From an uncultured Chthonomonadales bacterium (GTDB taxonomy: Bacteria > Armatimonadota > Chthonomonadetes > Chthonomonadales > CAJBBX01): a stretch of DNA of 37,188 bases. Positions 25,482 to 32,136 of the stretch are shown piece after piece. The stretch is from assembly GCA_964526545.1 (NCBI GenBank), contig CAZGLN010000002.1, positions 1 to 37,188 on the forward strand, read 5' to 3'. A program made the position numbers and the translations under genes. Position 1 is the first letter of the stretch; each line of letters starts with the position of its first letter. Under the pieces are notes generated by a model. That model saw only the letters and a list, made by a program, of their open reading frames with translations, did no database searches and was not told the origin of the DNA.

Positions 25482-28400
25482 CTACCTCACTATCAACACC
25501 TGACCGGCTGCACGCGCGGTCTGCGAACCATCCGCGGATCTGGCCTCGATGATCACCGCGTAGGATCCCGCGGGCACCACGATGCCCTGATCGTTCTTCT
25601 GGTCCCACGTCTGCTCATGGATTCCCGCCGCGCGGGTGCTTCCGGAAGAGAGATTCCGAACGGTCGTGCCATTCGCGCTTATCACCGTCAGCTTCACCGA
25701 GGCACTGCCGGAGAGCGCATACGATATCGTCGTGGATTGCGCGCTGCGGCCCGTCCGCGTGGAGACCTGACTCACGATCAGCCTGTCGTTCGTCTGCGCA
25801 CCCACCTCTATTCGGAAGCGCCTCGTGGTCTCCCCCTCGCCAGTTACCCACGTGTATCCACCCGAGCTGCGCATATCTCTCCGCTCGCCCGTAGCGAGAT
25901 CCACAAACGTCAGGCGCACGTTTCGCCGCACCGCCGCGGTATTCGGCCAGGAGATGGAGGCCGACGCCTTCTCCACGTTGGTGCGCACGCTGAACTCGTA
26001 CACCTTCTGCCCTGGTGCGGCCGATCGCACATCCACCGCGTAGGCGCCGGCACGGTCGCCCCAGTTCGGATTATCGAAAGCGCCGTAGACATACTTCTCA
26101 CCGAACAGCGGCGGCTTCTCGGCCTTGAAGGCATCGAATCCATCGCTTGCTCGCGAGCTCTGGCCGAAGTGGTTATCATCATCCCGCACTCCGCCCACGG
26201 CCACGCGCAAGTTCACCGTCCAGCCGTCGCCTCCCTGCAGAATTGCACGGCTGTTCGCCGCAGGGAGAGTTGCCGATCTTCTGCTGGTTATCGGATCCAC
26301 GAGAAGCGTTACCGCCTCGTAGGCCCGCACCCAGTAACCTCGCCAGGGCTGCAGCCGGAAGTCGAGCACGTAGCTGCCGCTCACATACCCGAAGATGGCC
26401 GCGCCGACCTTCCCCTGTGTAACCGCTTGCTGGTAGGTGAGCAGCGTGCCGTTGGCCAGCCGCACCCCCACGCGGGTCCAGTCTATCTCGAACGGGAACG
26501 GATTGCCGATCATGTTCCAGCCCGGATTCAGCCCGATGTCAAACGGCCGGGTCTGATCCGCCAGGATTCCCTCCGTGGCCAGCGGGAGGTTGTTGCGATA
26601 GGCAAGCCAGTAGCCCTGTCCCAAGCGGAAGGTTGTCGTGGGTGCCTGCGGATAGAAGCTGTACTGCCGCAGCAGCCACGTGGCGAACAGGAACGCGCCG
26701 TTGGTTCGGTCCGCCGCCGGGATGCCAAGCAGATCGCCCACGTTCTGGTTCGGATAGTCGTACGGCGCCGAGACAAGCGACAGATTGCCCGAGAACGTGT
26801 GCAGCGGCTGCATGGAGAAGTTGACGTTCTTGGTCTCCTGCTGGCTGACCACGGCTGCCGTTCTGTTCAGCGGCGTGGGCGTGTAGCCCGCCAGTGCGGC
26901 AGTTACGGTGTATGTCACCCCGGCCGGCACGTCCGTCAGCCGCCAGTTGTAGGTGTAGCCCGTGCCATCCGTGATTGCCGGCGTGAAGGTATTCATGCTT
27001 GCAATCAGGTTATTGGCAGCATCCCGTATCTGCACCAGGACTCCCGCGAGCGGCTGGTTGTTTGCGGAGTTCGTTACCAGGCCGGAGACCACGCCAGGCG
27101 GTATCGCCCGCAGGCGTATCGGGTTCGGATCCGGCTCGGAGTTCTGCCCCGTGACGATGGTCAACGTGGATGGAGGGCTGTTCGGCGAGCGGCCGGGCGC
27201 CGTGGCCACTACCGACCAGGTCCCCGGATCCAGCCCGTTCGGCGGCGTGTTATTGCTGTTGAAGGAGAAGTTGCCCGTGGCATCCGTGATGGCAGTAACC
27301 GTCTGGCCGCCCAGAGTCGCGGTGACCACTGCACCGGCAATGCCCTCGGCGGGGCTCTCGTCCTTCACCACGCGGCCCGTGGCGCTTCCGGGTTCCGGCT
27401 TCATCCGGAAATCGAAACCGGTATACGTCTTCGCCGCTACCACGAGCTGATCACGCTGGCCCGCGTTCGGATCGTTCGGATTCGGCACGGGGTAGTTGAG
27501 CGGTGTGCTCTCACCGAACGACGGCGCGGTGCAGGTGAGCGTGTAACGCGTTCCCGCCGGCACGCGGTCCAGCGAATAGTTGCCCTGCACGTCGGAGGTA
27601 GCCGTGATGACGACAGGGGTTACCCCAGGACCAACCACCTCGGTCAAGGTGAGCGTGGCACCCACCACCGGCGTGGTGCCATCCATCCGTGTCACTTTGC
27701 CGCGCACCACTGCGGGCTCGGCAGCCGTCATGCGGATATCCACACGATCCCGGGCATGCCCATGCACGACGACGGCGGTTGGACGCCCAACAAGGAAGCC
27801 CGCTCTGGTCGCCGACACCTCGTAGGTGCCAGCCTCCACGCCATTGATGAAGAAGTTGCCGGAGGCATCGGTAAGCGCGGTGTACCGCACGGCGTTCGGC
27901 GTGGGATAGTTATCAATGAGCCGCACCAGCACATCCTTGAGCGGCGTGCCGGCTCCCTCCAGGTCGCGCACGTTGCCGATGACCTGCCCGGTGCGCATCC
28001 AGCAGAGGGCGTTGTGCACCAGGGAAGTGCGCCGGCTCTTCATGATGACCGTGCTATCCACCGTGAAGCCCTGCGGCACGTAGCCCTCGAGACCCATCGG
28101 CGCGTAGACCACGCGGGCGTTGGTGGTGGTGTCCTCGTAGTGGAGCACTCCGGTAAGGCCGTTGGCAAAGTTGAAATCCGCCACGGCGCCGCTCAGCGGC
28201 ACCACCATGTCCGGCCACATGTTGCCGGGGCAGCCATAGGTCCGGTCTTCGTTCGGCGCCGGCAGACCGCCCGAGAGGCGGTTCTCCGGATTGTAGATGA
28301 AGTCCTCGATGCTCGGCGGCACCGGCGGGCCGGGATAGTTGTGGTGCGAGACGATGCGCGTCTTGCGCCACGGGTCGTTTACGATGGGATTGTAGGAGCC

Positions 28401-28886
28401 CGCCCCGGGTGCGGTGAGCTCATAGGCGCCCGCCGCGATGTAGGTGAGCGGCAACCCGAAGCCGTTGCTCAGGAAGCGGCTCACGCCGATGGCGGAATCC
28501 TGCCGAAAGTCTGCCCGCAGGTCGTTGCGCAGGAAGCTGTTCTGCAGCGCTCCGTTCAGCGTGAGCGCCCAGGCGATATCCTGCCCGTTCACCAGCAGGC
28601 GCCCGCCGGCCCGGATGAAGTTGCTCAGCATGTTCTGCGTCGCAAGCTCCGTCAGGGTACCGGGCGCGGAGAAGACGTTGCCGGTGTACGGCGCATGCCA
28701 TATCACGGCGCGCGGCGCAACCAGAACGGTGCGGGGAGAGGCCTCGCCGCTCACCGTATCCGGCGGCTGCAGCTCGTTGCGCGGCGCGTAGAACTGCAAG
28801 ACCGAATCCGGCACGGGACCGCGGCACTGAATGCGCCAGATGTCGTACTGCTGCGTCGCAGCCGTTCTCGACCGTGGTGCCGTCAA
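25482..28886 (-). CDS. C-terminal part (1,134-aa ORF) of a frameshift-split ~1,899-aa protein: GATase1/ThuA-like region, four CarboxypepD_reg-like domains and the shared C-terminal cassette
   Basis: There is no SD or signal peptide at the nominal TTG start, and the frame is open further upstream. CarboxypepD_reg-like units: GQVIGNVRDLEG..TDASGNFFINGVEAGTYEVSATRAGF; VVRGKVTRMDG...DVQGNYSLDRVPAGTRYTL; ATGRVVKDES...TDATGNFSF; VVSGLVTNSAN.... The C-terminus reads ...GWNMIGNPFPF...RGYWVRA...ASDGFDAFKAEKPP...EQTWDQKNDQGIVVPAGSYAVIIEARSADGSQTARAAGQVLIVR. Confidence 0.8.
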   Translation of the reverse strand: MTAPRSRTAATQQYDIWRIQCRGPVPDSVLQFYAPRNELQPPDTVSGEASPRTVLVAPRAVIWHAPYTGNVFSAPGTLTELATQNMLSNFIRAGGRLLVNGQDIAWALTLNGALQNSFLRNDLRADFRQDSAIGVSRFLSNGFGLPLTYIAAGAYELTAPGAGSYNPIVNDPWRKTRIVSHHNYPGPPVPPSIEDFIYNPENRLSGGLPAPNEDRTYGCPGNMWPDMVVPLSGAVADFNFANGLTGVLHYEDTTTNARVVYAPMGLEGYVPQGFTVDSTVIMKSRRTSLVHNALCWMRTGQVIGNVRDLEGAGTPLKDVLVRLIDNYPTPNAVRYTALTDASGNFFINGVEAGTYEVSATRAGFLVGRPTAVVVHGHARDRVDIRMTAAEPAVVRGKVTRMDGTTPVVGATLTLTEVVGPGVTPVVITATSDVQGNYSLDRVPAGTRYTLTCTAPSFGESTPLNYPVPNPNDPNAGQRDQLVVAAKTYTGFDFRMKPEPGSATGRVVKDESPAEGIAGAVVTATLGGQTVTAITDATGNFSFNSNNTPPNGLDPGTWSVVATAPGRSPNSPPSTLTIVTGQNSEPDPNPIRLRAIPPGVVSGLVTNSANNQPLAGVLVQIRDAANNLIASMNTFTPAITDGTGYTYNWRLTDVPAGVTYTVTAALAGYTPTPLNRTAAVVSQQETKNVNFSMQPLHTFSGNLSLVSAPYDYPNQNVGDLLGIPAADRTNGAFLFATWLLRQYSFYPQAPTTTFRLGQGYWLAYRNNLPLATEGILADQTRPFDIGLNPGWNMIGNPFPFEIDWTRVGVRLANGTLLTYQQAVTQGKVGAAIFGYVSGSYVLDFRLQPWRGYWVRAYEAVTLLVDPITSRRSATLPAANSRAILQGGDGWTVNLRVAVGGVRDDDNHFGQSSRASDGFDAFKAEKPPLFGEKYVYGAFDNPNWGDRAGAYAVDVRSAAPGQKVYEFSVRTNVEKASASISWPNTAAVRRNVRLTFVDLATGERRDMRSSGGYTWVTGEGETTRRFRIEVGAQTNDRLIVSQVSTRTGRSAQSTTISYALSGSASVKLTVISANGTTVRNLSSGSTRAAGIHEQTWDQKNDQGIVVPAGSYAVIIEARSADGSQTARAAGQVLIVR

Positions 28887-31179
28887 TCGTGCGCGAATCC
28901 CTGCCGTAGAAGAACGTCCCGGGATCGCGCGGGTCCGAACCGCCGTAGGAGCGCGCGCCGAGCGTGTGCCGCACGTTGAGCAGCGGCTGAACGTTGCCTC
29001 CGCTCAGGGCCGTGCGCGGAAGCAGATTCACGTCGAAATCGGTCATCCAGGATTCGGTGCCCCAGAAGGCATGGAGCACGTTCACCGGCCGCGCCAGGCC
29101 GAAGCGCGAGCTGAAGAACTTCTGCCCCTGCGCATGGTCGCTCACGAAGAGCACGCCATTCTGCGGGTTGAAGCCCTGCGTGCTGAAGCCCCAGACGTTG
29201 TCGTAGATCTTCCAGTTGCTGCGGTTGAGCGTGAAGGGATCTACCGCGTTGTCATACGCGATCACGTCCACCAGGTAGTCCGAGGGGAATGGCGGCGTGC
29301 GCCACGTGGCAGAGTACGTGCTCACGCCCGTGGCCGGGTCGCGACTGACAAGGTTGAGCCGCAGCCAGCCCGTGTCCCGCTGCGGATTCAGCGGATCTAC
29401 GGGAGGATGCGTGCCGCCTGAGAAGGCGAAATAGTCGTCAATGGACGGAATGTAGGTCGGCCGGGCATAGGTGTTCACCCGCGGATCGGCGGGGTCGGAG
29501 CCGATGAAGATGCGCTGGCTCTCCCACTCAATCGGCGTGTTGATGGCACTGACCGGACCGGACATGAAGGAGAGGGTCTGGAAGATGTAGACCTTGTGCT
29601 CCTGCCCATCCGAGGACTGGTACTTGCTGTTCGGGTTCTTAATCTGCACCCAGACATCGCGAATGCCGGATTCGAAATCCGCCATCTTCACCGAGATTCT
29701 CACGTCGCTGCCGGGCTGCGCCAGCCGCGGCTCCACGCTCACAATCTCCTGGGTGACCTCGTTAAAGCGGATGAGCGTGGGCGCGTAGATATCAATGAGC
29801 GTCGAGGCGAAGATGTCTCGCGGCGTGCTGGCCACCGCCGGATTGGGCGTGGAGAGATCCGTTACCTCGTCGTAGGCGGTGCGGTTGGTATCGTAGGCTA
29901 CGCGATACGTCTCGATGAACTGCGGCCACGCGGGCTTCCGGTCATCGTACTGATGACTGCTATCGCTGGTAGGCAGCTTGCGTGCCGCATTGAGGGCGGA
30001 CTCGGGCGTGAGCACCGTGTAGGAGCCCGGATTACCCGCGTCCGGCCCCACCGTGGCCTCCAGCCAGTAGATGTCGCTGGTGCCGTTCGGGTTGATGCTG
30101 TCCGCATTGCCATCGTTCGCGGAGTCGCGCCGGGTGGAAGCGAAAGCGATCAGCTGCCGACCATTGACAAACGATTGCGGCCCGTTGACCTCGTCAATCT
30201 TGTTGGTGCTCCAGGCCGGCTCGATATTGTTCGAGCTGGTGCCTCCCACGGAGAAGTTGGTTACGCGGGTGGCCGCCGTGGCCGGGAAGGCGTTGACTGG
30301 AACCACCCAGATATCGCGGGTCGCCTTGGTGGCCGTGCCCGCCGGGTTGGAGCGGTTCGAGTCGAAGGCGAGCACCAGCCGGAAGGGATTGCCGGCATCC
30401 GTGGGGCTCAGAGTAGGGTTGCGGTCGTCCGCGATGCCGGTGGTGATCTGAGTCACCCGGCCGCTCTGCGTATCCACCGCGAAAAGGTTGAAATTCTGGC
30501 GGCCCTGCAGCCGGCCCGCGAAGTAGACCGCGATATTGCCGCCGGAGGCGACGCCGTACTGCGGGTTGTTGAGGCCCGTGAAGACAAAGCCCTGCGGGTT
30601 GTTGCGCACCAGCGACTTGGTGACGCCGGTGGAGAGGTTCAGCTCCACGATGTCCACCGAGCCATCCGTCTCCAGGTTCTGCACATTGCCTGGCGTGGTC
30701 TCGATATAGACAATGGAGGACCCGCTACTGCTCACCGCGACCTGGCTCTGGGAAGCATTCGCGCCCACGGGCGGCGACGCCAAAGGTCCCGTAACGGCGA
30801 ACACGCCGCGGCCATCCGAGGTCATCCGGTAGATGTGGAAAAGATTGCCGGCCTGCGTGCCGGCGAGATCGTTCCGGTTCGATTCGAAGTAGATGGACCG
30901 CTCATCTCGCGTCCAGAACGGACGGCGATCCATGACCTGGGGAGTACCCGGCGTGAGGTTGATGGTCCGCTGAGGAATCCCGAGCCCGCGGCCCTCCTGG
31001 CCCCGCCAGGCCCTCTCCGTCACCTCGCGAGGCAAGGGACCACCTAGGAAGGGTTTCTTGAGCTTGCCCGTGGAGGGATTCCAGAGACTCTCCTGGCCAA
31101 AGGCTCCCGAGGAGGTGCCTAGCAGCAGAAAGGCTGCCAAGAGTGACAGGCAGACGTGAAGGGGTCGCACTGTTTTCAA
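28420..31179 (-). CDS. N-terminal part (919-aa ORF) of the same split gene: signal peptide plus a TolB-like (PD40) beta-propeller and additional beta-rich domains. Residues after about nt 28870 are out-of-frame read-through.
   Basis: TTG start with AGGAGG 11 nt upstream. Signal peptide MKTVRPLHVCLSLLAAFLLLGTSSGAFGQ. PD40-like blades: RSIYFESNRNDLAG...LFHIYRMTSDG; RLVLAFDSNRSNP...RDIWVVPV; QLIAFASTRRDSA...SDIYWLE. The last ~150 codons turn Arg/Ala-rich and overlap the better-looking frame of 25482..28886. Confidence 0.8.
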   Translation of the reverse strand: MKTVRPLHVCLSLLAAFLLLGTSSGAFGQESLWNPSTGKLKKPFLGGPLPREVTERAWRGQEGRGLGIPQRTINLTPGTPQVMDRRPFWTRDERSIYFESNRNDLAGTQAGNLFHIYRMTSDGRGVFAVTGPLASPPVGANASQSQVAVSSSGSSIVYIETTPGNVQNLETDGSVDIVELNLSTGVTKSLVRNNPQGFVFTGLNNPQYGVASGGNIAVYFAGRLQGRQNFNLFAVDTQSGRVTQITTGIADDRNPTLSPTDAGNPFRLVLAFDSNRSNPAGTATKATRDIWVVPVNAFPATAATRVTNFSVGGTSSNNIEPAWSTNKIDEVNGPQSFVNGRQLIAFASTRRDSANDGNADSINPNGTSDIYWLEATVGPDAGNPGSYTVLTPESALNAARKLPTSDSSHQYDDRKPAWPQFIETYRVAYDTNRTAYDEVTDLSTPNPAVASTPRDIFASTLIDIYAPTLIRFNEVTQEIVSVEPRLAQPGSDVRISVKMADFESGIRDVWVQIKNPNSKYQSSDGQEHKVYIFQTLSFMSGPVSAINTPIEWESQRIFIGSDPADPRVNTYARPTYIPSIDDYFAFSGGTHPPVDPLNPQRDTGWLRLNLVSRDPATGVSTYSATWRTPPFPSDYLVDVIAYDNAVDPFTLNRSNWKIYDNVWGFSTQGFNPQNGVLFVSDHAQGQKFFSSRFGLARPVNVLHAFWGTESWMTDFDVNLLPRTALSGGNVQPLLNVRHTLGARSYGGSDPRDPGTFFYGRDSRTIDGTTVENGCDAAVRHLAHSVPRSRAGFGLAVLRAAQRAAAAGYGERRGLSPHRSGCAARRDMACAVHRQRLLRARYPDGACDAEHAEQLHPGRRAPAGERAGYRLGAHAERSAAEQLPAQRPAGRLSAGFRHRREPLPEQRLRVAAHLHRGGRL

Positions 31180-31280
31180 GACGGATCTTACCTCCTAGAG
31201 AGCGCGCTACTTATGGGGGAAGTAAGTCTCACCGGGGACGGCCAGACAGATGCCGGCCTGGATCCGCCCTGCCGGCGGGG

Positions 31281-31309
31281 ATTATAGCATATGCCCTCTG
31301 AGTGTGCAA
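31281..31309 (-). promoter_or_regulatory. Sigma70-type promoter upstream of the large minus-strand locus
   Basis: On the minus strand: TTGCAC (31309-31304) - 17 nt - TATAAT (31286-31281), with a TGC extended -10. It lies about 100 nt upstream of the TTG start at 31179, in the 318-nt gap after coaE. Confidence 0.5.
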
Positions 31310-31497
31310 GCACCGGTTCGTGCCCGTGGCTGATCGTGGTGCAGATGCGTCCACACCAATCCGGCGGGGGGTATCCGGAACTCGCCGCGACATCCGCGCC
31401 CTGCCCTGCAACGCGGCGTGCAATCGAGGAGCGGGAGAAGCCCAGGATGCGCCGCACCCTTAGGACCCTTCCGCCAAGCATAAGGTTACATTCCCGT

Positions 31498-32112
31498 TCA
31501 AAGCGCTCTCGCAACGCAGCCCAGGGACTCGAAGAGGGTTCGCACCTGCTCCCGAAGATCGTCCAGGCTGCCATCGTTCCAGATTATGTGCTGCGCCTTC
31601 TCTACTTTCGCCGCGAGGGGCCATTGCGCCTGCATGCGCGCCCGCGCGAATTCAACGCCCATGCCGTCTCTCTGTTTCAACCTTCGCAGCTGGGTCTCCT
31701 CCCTCGCGGCAACGACAACGATGCAATCGAACCAATCTTGCATGCCGGCCTCGAAGAGCAGGGGGGCTTCTATCACCACGCAGACATCCGGTCCGTAGCG
31801 CGCAACTGCATCATCGGCCTGTTGGCGCAGGCGCTGCAGGATGAGAGGATGGGTGATGCGCTCCAGCTCCAGCCGACGCGCGGGGTCCGCGAAGACTATC
31901 CTGCCGAGAGCGGCCCGATCCACCGAGCCATCGGGCGCGAGGATGCCCGAACCGAAGGCCTCCAGCACCCGCAGATACCCCGGCGAACCGACCGTGAGAA
32001 CCTCGCGGGATGCTTCGTCCGCGCTGAACGTAACGGCCCCGTGCTCCCGCAGCAGGGCCGTTACCGTGCTCTTGCCCGTGGCCACGCCGCCGGTTACTCC
32101 AATGAGGGGCAT
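31498..32112 (-). CDS. coaE: Dephospho-CoA kinase
   Basis: MPLIGVTGGVATGKSTV (P-loop) ...FSADEASREV...ALGRIVFADP..R..LE.ITHP.I... is typical CoaE. An alternative GTG start lies at 32121. Only 15 nt separate it from the rpsA stop. Confidence 0.9.
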   Translation of the reverse strand: MPLIGVTGGVATGKSTVTALLREHGAVTFSADEASREVLTVGSPGYLRVLEAFGSGILAPDGSVDRAALGRIVFADPARRLELERITHPLILQRLRQQADDAVARYGPDVCVVIEAPLLFEAGMQDWFDCIVVVAAREETQLRRLKQRDGMGVEFARARMQAQWPLAAKVEKAQHIIWNDGSLDDLREQVRTLFESLGCVARAL

Positions 32113-32136
32113 GGCATGCACCGCGCGTGGGAGGGA

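Noticed and set aside
28420-28870. Last ~150 codons of the 919-aa ORF as genuine protein
   Set aside because: The composition switches abruptly to Arg/Ala/Gly-rich sequence, and the alternative frame over the same nucleotides gives well-behaved sequence continuous with the downstream domains.
28855-28890. Programmed +1 ribosomal frameshift joining the two halves of the split gene
   Set aside because: There is no in-frame stop or rare codon at the junction, since frame 1 stays open for ~150 more codons. There is no slippery heptamer and no SD-like stimulator. A second unrelated 1-nt frameshift in the window favours indel error or mutation.
25617-28979. 1,120-aa plus-strand ORF antisense to the CarboxypepD_reg/cassette gene
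   Set aside because: Same reasoning: extreme Arg/Gly/His composition, no recognisable domains, and the opposite strand has strong domain evidence.
31188-31574. 128-aa minus-strand ORF (and 64-aa ORF 31229..31423) in the coaE-to-locus gap
   Set aside because: They overlap the coaE 3' end and the promoter/leader region, have Arg-rich junk composition and have no SD.
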